Positions 11,988 through 25,106 of a DNA stretch of 64,000 bases are shown piece after piece (the stretch's first letter is position 1; the number at the start of each line of letters is the position of its first letter). The notes under the pieces are model-generated. The model saw only the letters and a program-made list of their open reading frames with translations, ran no database searches and was not told where the DNA came from. The stretch spans positions 37,324,001 to 37,388,000 of the forward strand of contig OX597815.1 of NCBI GenBank assembly GCA_951406725.2, given 5' to 3'. The position numbers were made by a program, and so were the translations under genes. The stretch is from Octopus vulgaris (lineage: Eukaryota).

Positions 11988-13384
11988 CAATGGTCGCTTG
12001 AATTTTGTAAAAAAATCATTTTATTTATTGATTGTTATTAGCGCTTTCGTTCGTTTCTCGAACTTGTCAATTAGAATTTTGGGAACGAACAGCTTGTTCA
12101 TTTATATAAAACAGATGTTTTTGGGGTTTTAATTAGAAGAGGTGAACATTGTTTTCGTTTATTTTAGGTGAGGTTCCATGACAAAGGAGATAGATAGATA
12201 GAAAGATAGGTAGGTTGACTGGTTAATAGGTAGATAGATAGTCGGACAGACAGATAGATAGATACATATGTAGGTAGGTAGATCGATATTGTGTCTACAT
12301 ATATTTGTACCAGTATATGCGTTCTGTGTCTGTGTATCAAATTAACTAATATTTTGTTAATTCCCATTTGGTTGCAATTTAACTAAAATATTCATAGATT
12401 TCTATATCAGCCAGTTTCAAAGTTATCGTTTCTTAGTTGCATATAAGCATGTGAACCAAACTTAAGCTGTGTTTTATTCAATGTTGTCAATCGTCAATAT
12501 TCCAACTAGAATTACTAATATATAGCTCAAATCCCGAATTCTGCCCACGGTACTGCGCCGTTTGTCACGATACTGCGCCGTTTGTCTCAGTCTAGCAGAA
12601 AACCGATTTAGTATCTTTTTAAAATTCGAATATTAAATATTATACGTATCGAAATAGTTGCTTTGTTTTAATAATAAAAGTTAATTTACAGGAATTTGTA
12701 ACTCCGTGACTACATTAATCGCATGCCATTGATTGCAATAGCGGCTAATACAGACTGCCCATCCGGTCATGATAATTAATTTTAATTAACAAAGCGTCTA
12801 CTGTGATAACACACGTAGCTTTCATAGAATTTAAAAAGCGACTTGTAGCAGATTATTACATGTTTCTATCCTTTTACTCTTACAACATGTGTAATCATTT
12901 TTTCCCCTTGCAAAGCAGTAATTCAGTGATTGCTTTTTTAAATATAAATCAGCCGTGAAAATATATTTCACCAACTTCATTTATTTTTAGTTTGTTTTAA
13001 CAGGTTCTGGTATAACTATTTTATATGCTGAAATTTATGATTTAAAAGATGACTTTGTATTAAATATATTCTTTTTAAGATTAGATACCGAAATGCTTTT
13101 AAAATGTACTTCAAATGACCGGAGGCGGCGGTGGTGTTCTCCAATTTTATTCATTTTAAAACTTCTATAAAGGCTACATTTAACGATATAACATTTTAAC
13201 ATTGCAAAATTTAAAAAACAATTTATTGCTGATTTTTTTTCTAATCGACTACGTAAATTTTTTTGTTGAACTTAATCATTCCGTTACTGCGTTTAAAGTA
13301 TGATTAAACAAGTTCGCTGAAATTTTAGATCATCAGAAAATAACATGCTACAAGATTGAATTATGAAAGCGTTTGATGGTACTT

Positions 13385-13452
13385 TTAAATATAACTTCTA
13401 TTTAAATATAACTTCTATTTAAATATAACTTCTATCTAAATATGACCTGTAT
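13385..13452. repeat. 17-bp minisatellite, ~4 units
   Basis: TTAAATATAACTTCTAT repeated. Confidence 0.85.
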
Positions 13453-13861
13453 TTTTGTGTATTTTTCACTCAATTTACCACTATTTTGGAGATTTGATTT
13501 ACCTGCGTATTTCCTAACGTTGCAGTAAAACACATGATTTTAAAGTTGCGCTTTCCAGAATATTCTATTTTCCTCTTTGTTTACACAAATACTGAAAGAA
13601 ACGTCTTTGTAACAAATAAATTATGCACAGTTTATTAGTGAATCTGTGAATTGCTTACTGAGAAACTAATGAGTCTTGAGACCGTTTCATATACACATTT
13701 TCTGTATGCTGTCTGCAGTCTGAATTAAATTGTCTACAGAAAAATATTAATAAAAATTCCATTAATAAAAATAAATAAATGAATAAACGTGATAAATCGA
13801 ATTATATATTTGTACTCTCGAGCACATTGGCTAAAGTTGTTTTCTATATGATTCATGTAAA

Positions 13862-14915
13862 AATAATTTGTCATATCTTTGAAACGTTTTTATATCTGTT
13901 TATGTATATAGATATATATGTTTAGGTTGTACGAAAATGTGATTCTGTGACAATATGTATGAGTAAGTAATACAATATATTAGACTAAAATAAGGACATT
14001 CCATTACTTTATTTTAAAAAAATAACTTGTTCTTTCATTTGTTTCATCTCTTGTTTTTAAAGACTATTCGGACTTCCAATGTTGAAGATTTTATATTCAA
14101 AAATCAATTTTCGTTCTTAGAAAATATACATTTGCCAGTACTAAAACGATTTTCTATTTATAATACATATATCGTATATAAACGGATAAGGAATACCAAA
14201 TTTGTAGAATATAATTGTTCGTATTTGATTCCCCACTCTCACTAAAACTTTATCTGTTTGTATTTCTTCATTGTAAAAGCAATTTCCTTCTGTAATATAC
14301 ATTCCTCAATTCCTCCGAGTTCGACTTTGGCTTTCATCCTTTCGAGATCAATAAATTAAGAGCAAGTTGCGTACTGGGGTCGATCTAATCGACTGCCCAC
14401 CCTCCACCAAAATTTCGGGCCTTGTGCCTAGTTTATTTAGTTCAAGTTTTGCTCAGCTATAGGAAAAATCCATTTAACGCATGATCTTCCTCTTGAAAAG
14501 ATGTGCTGCTATGCAAAAATTTAGATAACTTGGTGAAAAACCGTACTATGTGGAACATACATAAATGTATTGATTTTTATATATTAAGTTGATTGAATTA
14601 TTGATAATTCTTTCAATTAATATTTTAGAATGAAGATAAAAGCAAAGTTAAATAACTATATTTTTAATTAAAATAATTTTCGTCCAATTTAAGTTACATT
14701 TCGAATAGCCTTTAAAAACAAAAGATGAAACAAATGAAAACAGAGGTTATTTTTTTAAATAAAGTAATGGAATGTTCTTATTTTAGTCTAATATATATAT
14801 CTGTATTACTTACTCATACATATTCTCACAGAATCACATTTTCGTACAACCTAATCATATATATCTATATACATAAACAAATATAAAAACGTTTCAAACA
14901 TATGACAAATTAATT
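13862..14915. mobile_element. Fold-back/MITE-like element with ~210-bp inverted arms
   Basis: 13862-14070 (AATTTGTCATATCTTTGAAACG...AAAGACTATTCG) is the reverse complement of 14702-14915 (CGAATAGCCTTT...CGTTTCAAACATATGACAAATT). Confidence 0.8.
14305..14431 (+). mobile_element. SINE family B-related copy (alternative tail), 5' truncated
   Basis: TCGACTTTGGCTTTCATCCTTTCGAGATCAATAAATTAAG...GTACTGGGGTCGATCTAATCGACT...AAAATTTCGGGCCTTGTGCCTAG; older relatives at ~36430-36615, 50125-50300, 50320-50485, 62270-62430. Confidence 0.8.
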
Positions 14916-15642
14916 GTCTTAAAAATGTATTTATAATCATATTCTTGTTTCTATTGAGTTGTATTTTTTAGAGTTTAACATTCATGATGTCATGACTTCT
15001 TCACATTTAGAGTCTTCCAAATTGTTTCTAAGCTTTCTTTTCTCTGAAGTGTATATCTAATATTTATTGCTGTATTGGTTTGTTGTCTAGAAGTGTGTTC
15101 GTTTTTCCTTTTTCGAAATCTTAATGAATTCAACAGATTTAATATTAATTGCTCATAAACATGAACAACATTGTGATCAATTAGAATAAAAACGAGGAGC
15201 TTAATTTAGTATTTCTTATTAAATTAACTCCCGGTTGGTTTGTTACGCACAATTAAAGGAATGACCGCAAATTAGCTTCAACATTACTCAATTTCACCAT
15301 AAAAATTCCCTTCTGGGCCTACCAAATGTCTGGATCATATGCTCTATAAAAATATATTTAGTATTGTATGATGGTATAAAATTAAAGACGCTTCTTACAT
15401 ATGAAAAGTTCCTTACTATCAGAGCTTAAAGAGCAACACATATGAACCAGCATTTTGCAGTTCTATGCTTGAATTATGCTGAAGGGACTGGGGATTGTTA
15501 TATGTAATATGCGGCAACTATCGTTTCATATTTATTTGTTGTGATTATATAGATATAATTTTTCTCTGAAAGTTAATTTGCAATGTTTTTCACGTCTGAA
15601 TAAATAATGCTGTAATTCGAGAGTTCATTTTATTTTATATAA

Positions 15643-17732
15643 CACTGGTCAACAGCCAATTTTCATCAGGGACATTATATGGCGTTTTATATGTAGTTTT
15701 GTCCGCAGATTTCAGAAATGTAATCGGTTTCTTTCTATCCGAGACAGTTTTTCTGATGAGATAAGAGAGGTATATAACTCCCATCAGTAGTATCGCTACA
15801 CGTAAAAGTCTTATACAGGTAAATTCTGACTATGTTAAGGTATTGCAAGAACAGTCCTGCTATATTTTGTCATCTCTGTGGTTCATTTACCACCAAAGCT
15901 CAGTAACGTGCCATCACAAGTGAAATTAAGATCTACCAGTTATACTTTGGCTGCACTCTCGGGGAACAACATAAGAGTTGGGCCCCGCATGTTACCTGCT
16001 CAGTTTGTTCAAATGGACTAAGGGATTGGCTAAATAAGAGGAAGAGAGTAATGCCGTTTGCAATAACTATATGGAGAGAGCCAAAGGATCATTTCATGGG
16101 CTGTTATTTCTGCAACTTTAATGTATGCGGGTTTATTGTAAAGACCAAGCATAAGATTGTGTATCCCAACTTGGAATTAGCAAGAAGACCAGTACCACAC
16201 AACGATGATGATCTTCCTATTCCAATACCACCAGAAAATGGCCTTCAGATGTCTGACGAAGGAGTATTTCCTGAAGAAAATATTACTGCTGTCGAAGACA
16301 CCGAAGTGGGTGCAGATTTCACGATTGAAAATGAAGACGTACCACGGAAATTTTCTCAAGGTGAGTTAAATGATTTAACGAGAGACTTGTCATTGTCGAA
16401 GGATAAAGCTGAACTATTAGCCTACAAGAAAAGTGTCTGCTTAAGAAAGATGTTTGTATTACTCATTTCAGGAAGAGAAATAGGGGTCTGACTTCATGCT
16501 TCTCTGTTGATGGACCACTTTGTTTCAGTAATAACACTGATGAGTTATTTCGCTGTTTGTTCCAAGAGTAAGTTCCAGCTGAATGGCGCATATTCATTGA
16601 TTCATCTAAGAGAAGCCTCAAGGCAGTAGTACTACACAACGGTAATAAGAAACCATCCATTCCCATGGGACATTCAGTGCACATGAAGGAGTTTTTATGA
16701 AAACATGCAAGTACTCCTCAATGCTTTAAAGAATAAAACCTACAGCTGGAAAATACGTGGAGATTCGAAGATGATTGGAATGTTGATGGGAATGCAATCT
16801 GAGTTCACCAAATATTATTGCTTTTTATGCCTATGGGAGAGTCGTGCAACTAACAAGCACTATGTGCAATCAGAGTGGCCTTTGTGAAAATCATATGAGC
16901 CAGGAGTTTCTAGCGTCCAGAGTAAGCCACTTTTAAACCCAGAAAATATTCTTCTTCCTCCTCTTCACATAAAGCTTGGCCTCATGAAACAATTCGTGAA
17001 GACACTTGCCAGGAAAAGCTCGAAAGGTTTTGAATATGTGAAGGCCAAATTTTCAGAAATCACCGAGGCAAAACTGAAGGAGAGCAAGTTTCATAGTTCT
17101 GCAGATAAAAGAACTCCTGAAGGTCAACCACTGCTTCACAACACTGGATGGAATTGAGCTTAAAGCCTGTGAAAATTTCCTAGGCAACAAGAGATCTCTA
17201 GAATTTGGAAATGGAGTGAAATAGCTTCTAGACTTCTACGCTGCAATGGACTGTTGGATGTCACTAAAAGTCCATTTCCTTGATTCACATCTGGACTCTT
17301 TTGCAGAGAACCTTGTAGCAGTGTCTGATGATCCAGGGGAACGCTTTCATCAAGACATCGCATCGATGGAACAACGATATCAAGGATTTTGGAATGCAGG
17401 AATGTTAGCTGGCTACTGTTGGATGGTATACAGGGATGAACCTGAGACAAAACACCATAGAAAGTCCAAAATCCCAAAGATTTTAAGTTGTTATGCATTT
17501 GAGTGTATTCTAACTTATCTGTACGTAATCATTTTAATTTTGTACAATAAAAAGACCTTTATATAGACATGCTCTACGTATCCTATAAGTGAAAACAGCA
17601 GGTGTCATTAACATGAAAATGTGGCCTGGTAGAGGTAATCGAACCTCAGATTCGTAATCAGCATCAAAATTTAACCCAGAAAAGTCAATCAGCAACTCTG
17701 ATGATTAAAAAAGTTTCATTTGTTGACCAGTG
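15643..17732 (+). mobile_element. Chapaev3-type (CMC superfamily) DNA transposon, full length, transposase pseudogenised
   Basis: TIR CACTGGTCAACA...TGTTGACCAGTG flanked by TAA on both sides (3-bp TSD); motifs WAPHVTCSVC, MPFAITIWREPKDHFMGCYFC, WRIFIDSSKRSLKAVVLHNGN, TKYYCFLCLWESRA, LPPLHIKLGLMKQFVK, MSLKVHFLDSHLD, SDDPGERFHQDI spread over several frames. Confidence 0.85.
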
Positions 17733-18381
17733 TAATTTAAAACATGTTTATTTGCACGATTTAGTTAACTGTAATTTATCCAAAACTATATTAAAATCAA
17801 ATAATTTTGGAATATTAACGCTCCTGGTATTGATTTTGAAATCCGAGTTATTTGTCAAAAAAGTAAAAAAGAAAAATTTCAAGAGATTTATAAAACACTT
17901 TAAATGTTTTTAAAATTGATACTGGCTTGAAGAAGTAGACATCTTCATGCATGATAAGTATCTAGTTTGTGATTAATACCTATACTTATATGCATTCAAT
18001 GTGTATAAATTGAAACTACGAAAAGTTGACTATATATCGTATTTCCTGTTACGTAAATCTAAATATTAATTAGTTCTTAATTATTTTATATTTTAGCTTT
18101 GCATTCTTGTCTACATTATTGTGTCATGTACTTTTGCTATTCTGAAATATGGCCGTTACACAGAAACAAGAAGAGTAACTAATAAAATTTAGAATATTTC
18201 AAATATGGATTTGTATTAACCTCACATAGTCAACAACAGCATATTTGTCTCCTGTGGGAAAATGTCTTTTGAAATGACTCTCCAGCTTTACGTGTAAATG
18301 AATATTTTAAAATCATCCTCACCTCTCTAAATGTTTTATTCTCTCCCTAGTCATTTCTCCCCTATACCCCATGACCTAGTT

Positions 18382-18428
<47 letters not shown>

Positions 18429-18435
<7 letters not shown>

Positions 18436-18666
18436 AATTTATAAGTAATGGCAACAGAAAAAATTCCAATGCCAAAATATACCGAAAATCGACACTACGT
18501 CAATAATTGACACTACGTTATTGACGTAGTGTCGATTTTCGGCATATTTTGGCATTAAAAATTTTTCTTTTGCCCTTATAAATTGTTTATAAATTTAACC
18601 TTTAAAGGTATTTTTTAATATGCTGACCATTGATAGAATTTTCTTCGAAAAATTCTATCCTATATT

Positions 18667-18670
<4 letters not shown>
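18429..18670. mobile_element. (TA)n-embedded fold-back with unpaired 3' extension
   Basis: TATAAACAATTTATAAG...GACACTACGTCAATAA inverted as TTATTGACGTAGTGTC...CTTATAAATTGTTTATA (ends 18591), then ~75 nt unpaired, then (TA)n. Confidence 0.7.
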
Positions 18671-18726
<56 letters not shown>

Positions 18727-18859
18727 TGTGCACGTTGGCCCTATTAGTATAAAATCTATATATTTATACTTAAAAATTCATCATCTAAAGATCCCACCTT
18801 TTGTTTCCTCTCGTTTTGCATGTATACATATATACATATATATATATATAGTTTGTATT

Positions 18860-20400
18860 TGGGGACCTCAAAAGGATACGTAACATACTCAGTGAACAAT
18901 TCAAAAGTGTCTTCACCTGCCCACTGGGACACAAGCAAATAAATAACACGGCTGAGTTCTTTGACATTACAGAGGATAAGAAGAAGGCGGTAGCCATCCA
19001 TTACGTCTGTATTGAGGAGGTAGATATCATAGTGGTCATAGATGAAATGGGTTGAAGATCCCGATGGTTTCCCAGCTATTCTTCCGAAGTCATGTAAGCA
19101 GAATTTAATCAAACGACTTCAGATACTTTCCAGATTTCCCTTACAAGTAATAAACTTCTTATAAAACTAAAAGGAGAGGCCCATCTCTCTGATTTTGCAT
19201 ATCAGCAAAGTCATGGAACGAATCGCTAGAAGGAAACTGATAACGTCTCCTGACGAAAATGACTGATTGAATGATTTTCTGGATGGTTTCCGTCCGAGAA
19301 GAAGCTGCTTCACACTGTTCTTACAGCACTATGACTAGGTTTTTGAAGCCACTGCTTGATCAATCAAATGTTGATGTGAGGTATCTTGTCTTTGTAATGG
19401 CCTATTACAATGTGGGTCATGGCATGATATGTCATAAGCTGCCAGATTTTGGCATAAGTGATATAGAAGGAGAGTGGGTACATCACTTAGCATTCAAGAA
19501 AATAGTGCCCTCTGTAGGGAACACAAATTCCGAATGAAGTCCCCGATGACACAAAAGTATCACAGGCAATAAAGTACTCTGCTGATGTCACAAGCTTGCA
19601 GTAATACCTATGTAATACACAAGTAAGATATACATTATGCTGGTAAATTTCAAGAAGTGCGCTATCAGCTCACACATGAACTACAATTTGCCTTTACAGG
19701 ACCAAAGGCACTGCAATCTCAGAGTCACAGATCGTGAGAGAGTTGGAGATCAGTATGTGTAATGCTTCAGTATGTCATGTGCACATTACCAAGACGGTAA
19801 CAAATTGTAAACAATTGGCAAGTTGGGGGCTAAAGGCCTTCAAGACAAGAGACGAGTAAGACAATTTGACCCTGTGCAAAACCTTTGTTCTAGTCACCTC
19901 GCCCGAACTATTTCCCTTAGCTGTTGTCACCGCATAGAGTCAAACTAACTGCGCACTTTTAAGCGAATCAACGCTACTACACTAAAACGATTGTCACACT
20001 GTATCAGATAAATTACAGGAAGATACTGGAAAGAAAATTACGACTTTGAGCGGAGATTCGAGGGAGATAACAATTTACATGTGGAAAAGTTAGTGCTGTT
20101 ACATAACTTTGGTTTCAAGGGTTATACACATGTCCATTCTGGACATCTTTGCATAGTAGAAAAGGCACCATCCAATTCATCTAAAGTGAGGATCGGGAAT
20201 TTCAATAGCTTGGGGATCAATGGTCCACAGATCTTCAAAATTCTTTCAAAAGAATTAAGAAACCTACAGAGTATAGGTGTTTTCTAGAGGGAATTTAACG
20301 CTCTCCCATCTACGACACCGGATGAGTCAACGTCCCGGTATAAGGAACAGAAAAGGATGGCAGAGTCGAATTTCCGAACACATCAAATTAACCAACAAGC
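18860..20400 (+). mobile_element. Old, heavily decayed CR1-group LINE RT fragment
   Basis: GFRPRRSCFTLFLQHYD*VLKPLLDQSNVDVRYLVFVMAYYNVGHGMICHKLPDFGIS (~19285-19460, frameshifted) aligns with GFRCGRDCLTQLLHHIEDVLKAL...SDVIYLDFSKAFHRVDHNILFSKLANVGIS of the 39794 copy; later NSLGINGPQIFKILSKELRNL. Confidence 0.75.
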
Positions 20401-21149
20401 TGGAAGAAAGCATATACAAGAGAGATGATATGGAGTCTTACCACACAGAAAAAATTAAAAAAGATAAGAGCTTTTAAGACGGTTTCAAATGCTGGTTAAC
20501 CACAACAGTCCATCATATTTAACAACGTAGTTCTCTTGTTCTATTGAAGGTCGCCTGAGGCTGCTTAGTAAGTTGCCATTATATAAAGCAGGCTATGTAA
20601 GATATCATGTTCGTCTCTTAGTCTTGGAGATGATACGTAAATAGCAACTAGCTGAAACACTAAATAATCCGTAATTTAATAAGTTGTTAACATCTCTACT
20701 TCGTATAGAATAACTCTTGCATCTGTGTCTCCTTTCATTTCGCTTACGTAAACCATTGCCATAGCTCAAGATCTTTAAACATTTCTCGGAGCGCTTTGAA
20801 AAGAATTCTATCAATCTCGTACTAATTAAGTTGTATTTTGACTTGCTTGTACGTATTGAAACCCTATGAATGTGCGTCTATGTGTGTTTGTGTGTTTGTG
20901 AGTGCACGTGTTGAGAGAATGAGATAGAGGAAGACAGAGAAAGACAAAGTAAGCTGCAGCAGAAAGCGTTGAAGCTACCATCTGATTGCGTAAAATCTTT
21001 AAATGAAGACCTAATTTCTCTTGATTAAGTAAAAATAAATATTGCACGAAATATATTAAGTATTGCTTTGTAGTTCTGGCAACATTACAACCCCACCCCA
21101 TACACACACATACACATACGCGTGCACACGCACGCGCACATACACGCAC

Positions 21150-21535
21150 AGATTTTTTGTCTTTTACTTATCTCATTCATCATACTGCGGCTATGCTGGG
21201 GCAACGCCTCGAAGAATGTTTTGTCAAACGAATCGACGTTTTCTGGGGGATATAAAGGCACTAGGTTTCGGGGATGTAAAAGCGTCAACACCAGCAGTGG
21301 TGGGAGACAAACAGGGATAAACGCATGCACATAAAGCCACACGAGCACACACGCTTACATACATACAAACACGCACACAAACTCACACACAGGCATAAAC
21401 AGACTCACACGTGTCGGGCTTTTTTCAGTTTCTGTCTACCAATTCCACTTGCAAGGTTTTGGAAGACACAGTGGGATTGAAACGGGAACAATGTGGTTGG
21501 AAAGCAAGCTTCTTATCACGCAGCCACACCTATCC
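21150..21535 (-). mobile_element. SINE family A, old diverged copy with deletion
   Basis: TCTTTTACTT...ACTGCGGCTATGCTGGGGCA, TTTCAGTTTCTGTCTACCAATTCCAC, ATGTGGTTGGAAAGCAAGCTTCTT. Confidence 0.75.
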
Positions 21536-21644
21536 CCCATCTCTCTCTCTAGACACACACACACACACACACATATGAACACAGGGAAAGAGGAAAAACA
21601 GGTTAGAGAAAGGGATTTATACACACACACATGTATATATAGAG

Positions 21645-23334
21645 TGGGTATAACAGGTAAATTGGAACAAATTTCAAATTGGTATATTTCTACTTATACT
21701 CTTTTTACTCTTTTTACTTGTTTCAGTCATTTGACTGCGGCCATTTGACTGCGGCCATTTGACTGCGGCCACCTTTAGTCGAGCAAATCGACCCCGGGAC
21801 CTATTCTTTGTAAGCCCAGTACTTATTCTATCGGTCTCTTTTGCCGAACCGCTAAGTGACGGGGACGTAAACACACCAGCATCGGTTGTCAAGCAATACT
21901 AGGGGAACAAACACAGGGGAACACACACTTATATATATATACATATATACGACAGGCTTCTTTCAGTTTCCGTCTACCAAATCCACTCACAAGGCATTGG
22001 TCGGCCCGGAGCTATAGCAGAAGACACTTGCCCAAGATACCACGCAGTGGGACTGAACCCGGAACCATGTGGTTGGTTAGCAAGCTACTTACCAAACAGC
22101 CACTCCTGCGCCTAGATTTTATATAGATTTTATTGGTGCTTAAATTTTAAATATTACCAGTTTGAATAATCACTTGTGTTATTTTGTATTTCAGATTGAA
22201 CAATCTAATAATATTAATAAACTATTAGATCGTAGAAGTGTAACTGCCGAATTATTCCGTGCCGGCAAAAGTGCTGGGGGAGATTATTAGAGCCACAAAG
22301 TATGCCAAATCTATTGTTTTTAGAGTTGTAGCCAATTTGAAATAAAATCAGGATGTTCAGAAAAGGCCTCACAGTACATCTAGTGACCAATAATGCACAT
22401 TTCGCTTCTTAACAGGACTTGAAAGATCGATTGAGTCGAACCCATCAAAATCGGTGGCGAAGTTGGCTCAAGATCGAGGTATCAGTAAAACGACCATTTC
22501 TAGGGATGTGAGACGAGACCTTCATGTGAAATCGTACTTGAGAGACACTGTAACATCCTAACTGTCTGCTTCAAAGCCATTCGAGCTGAAAGAAGTCCCA
22601 AACTTCTTAGTCATCTGAAACATCTTGGCGGAGATGTTCGCAACTTCGTGGATGGAAAGTTCATGGTAGAAGTTCAAACCGTCAAAACTCATGAGTAATA
22701 ACGTATGACCCTTTCCAAGGTCCTTCAGCTATGCATAGCAAGAATCCGGCTTCTATTAGGGTCTTTGGAGCTTTACAAGTGATGGATAATTGATGCCTTT
22801 CCATTTTATTAAAACAGTTCTTCAAATCAAAATAGGAGAGTATATGAAAATCTTAGAAGTTTTTTTGCTTTGGATTGGGCAGCTTTATGGATGCAAATTG
22901 AGTCATGTTTGTACAGAACTCTGCGCCCGCCTATTATTCAGAAAAAATTGCAAGATATTTTGAAGAAGGATTTGACCAAGTTTGTTCTTAAATGTATCAG
23001 TCCATCTAGCTCGCCAGATTTGGATCTGTGTGAGTTTTGGTTATGGGGTGCAGCTGAAGCAATGTCCAACGCAAATTCTCACAACTGTGTGTTTTCACTG
23101 AAGCATTCGATCAAGCGAGAATTCGGTAAAATGAAAAAAAGGAAGAAATAGTTAAGACATGCGCATCATTTCGTAAACGGATTGAATTGGTAAAGAAAGC
23201 AGATGACGGTCACATTGAACAAAGTGCTAAACTCTCCACAATAAATTGGCATAAACATAAAACTTGGAGTGTTTTTGAGTTTTCCAAGTTATACCAAGAT
23301 ATTTAAATGGTTCCAATTTACCTGTTACATCCCA
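21645..23334 (+). mobile_element. Tc1/mariner superfamily (maT/DD37D-like) transposon, decayed, with nested SINE
   Basis: TIRs TGGGTATAACAGGTAAATTGGAAC / GTTCCAATTTACCTGTTACATCCCA in TA context; LDRRSVTAELFRAGKSAGEII at ~22225; VFVQNSAPA and SPSSSPDLDLCEFWLWG; C-terminal CASFRKRIELVKKADDGHIE. Confidence 0.85.
21697..22113 (-). mobile_element. SINE family A, full length, young
   Basis: Complete head to tail; inserted ~50 bp inside the left end of the Tc1/maT element. Confidence 0.93.
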
Positions 23335-23472
23335 TATATATATATATATATATAAACACATAAGAGATGACCATAATAGGACATCTGACTCACTAGAAAG
23401 AGCAGTTAAACTCCAAACCACTAATAGTTGTAATTCTAAAAGGGAAAGAGAAATAAAAACGTTTACCCTCTC

Positions 23473-23564
23473 CTTTCTGGACTATGCATAGTTTCGGCAA
23501 TCTTTTTGTAAATAAAATAAAATTATTTTACTTTACAATTGGCGTTGCCATCTTCAGCAAGAAG
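23473..23564 (-). ncRNA. Type-I hammerhead ribozyme motif within a PLE-like pLTR fragment (~23355-23635)
   Basis: - strand: CTTCTTG-CTGAAGA-TGGCAA...(long AT hairpin)...TTGCC-GAAA-CTATGCATAG-TC-CAGAAAG; canonical core, palindromic stem III ACTATGCATAGT, GUC triplet. Confidence 0.8.
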
Positions 23565-23663
23565 TCAAGGCTAACATATAGGCACGAGGCGATAAGGACC
23601 ATGCTTCGAGTGTATATGCTATAACTTTTCAAAATCTACACACACACACACACACACACACAT

Positions 23664-23698
<35 letters not shown>

Positions 23699-23929
23699 CA
23701 TACATATATATATATATTTAGGTTAGTTGAAAAGTTTGTTTCTCTCACACACACACACACACTTGCTCAATGTGCTACGTGATGGGATTGAATCCGGAAT
23801 CATGTGGTTGGGAAGCAAGCTTCTTATTAAACAACCATGCCTGCCCCTATAAAACATGACTGTGAATCATCCCTAACCAAAATATCTAATTGTAAAATCT
23901 CAAGAAGAGGTGAGAGCAGTAACTATAAT

Positions 23930-24162
23930 AAGTAAAATTAATCGCTACATCAATGTGGTTGTTCCATATTAGTACTTGTTTAACCCCAAGAAGGTTGTCC
24001 GCCAGTTGGTCATTGGTGTAGCACTGCACCATGAACATATATTGCCAGCAGGGGAGCGAACCCCTACTGTCCCCCAGCAAACGACAAGATTGCGACCAAG
24101 GATCACAGGTTAAACTAGTAGTAACATGGAAACCCACATTGATGTGGCGATTAACTTTACTT
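23930..24162. mobile_element. MITE-like element with ~55-bp imperfect TIRs
   Basis: AGTAAAATTAATCGCTACATCAATGTGG...GTTTAACC versus GGTTAAACTAG...CCACATTGATGTGGCGATTAACTTTACT; core GGGGAGCGAACCCC also at ~55354 and inverted at ~57500. Confidence 0.7.
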
Positions 24163-24278
24163 GCTTTTTATCGTAAACATCCGCCTTTCACCATGTGCTA
24201 CTGCTAACACCAGCCGTTTTTTTCTCTATCTCCGTTGCCCGCTCCGGGATCTTTCTTTCCTCTCTCTTCCTTCTTTAT

Positions 24279-24313
24279 GTTTCCGACGAAGAGCTCCGCT
24301 CGAAACGTCATAC
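24279..24313 (+). ncRNA. Minimal hammerhead-like motif in a PLE-like tail ending at (TA)n (~24170-24415)
   Basis: GTTT-CCGACGA-A-GAGC TCC GCTC-GAAA-CG-TC-ATAC; stem I imperfect. Confidence 0.6.
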
Positions 24314-24399
24314 CTCCCTGCTTCCATTTCCTGAGCGCCTATTAATAATAATACTGTAATTGTTCCCTTGTTGTTGTTTTTTTGTTTCCCGTTTGGATT

Positions 24400-24436
<37 letters not shown>

Positions 24437-24954
24437 GATTAAGAGAGAGTGAGAGAGATTGAGGGGAAGAGAAGGAGAGAGAGAGCATGAGAGAGAGACA
24501 GAAAGAGAGAGGAAGTGAGAAACAGGGAAAATGACATGTATTAGAAGCCACAAAACTATCGTTAGATTACAATCATAATTTTCATGTTTCTATTTCGAGT
24601 TATGTAGGGACATAATATGATTACAGAATTTCTAATAGATATATAAATTAATGTTAGTTATATTGTCATCTCCATTTCTCTCTGTCGCTCTCTCTCTTTC
24701 TCCTTCTCTCTCAGTCATTCTTCCTCTCTCTGTTATTTCGTTTCTTTTACATATGATTTTATTTTACCTCGTCGGTCTTACTACCTACTTACATATTTAG
24801 CTTTCTAATTTCTATCTATTTTCTTTTCATCCTAACTCACTCACTCTCTCACTTGGAAACAGCAGACCAAGATCCATCCATCCATCCATCCATCTAGCAA
24901 GCTAGCTATCTGTCTATCTGTATATATACTTGTCTTTCTGTCTAAATGTTTCTC

Positions 24955-24970
24955 TGTCTGTCTATCTATA

Positions 24971-25019
<49 letters not shown>

Positions 25020-25024
25020 TTCTG

Positions 25025-25106
<82 letters not shown>
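24955..25106. repeat. (TCTG)n(TCTA)n microsatellite
   Basis: Direct reading. Confidence 0.95.

Noticed and set aside
12520-12600. Tandem 20-mer CACGRTACTGCGCCGTTTGT, possible Helitron/Helentron end or CRISPR-like repeat
   Set aside because: Two adjacent units with no spacer, and no matching other end identified.
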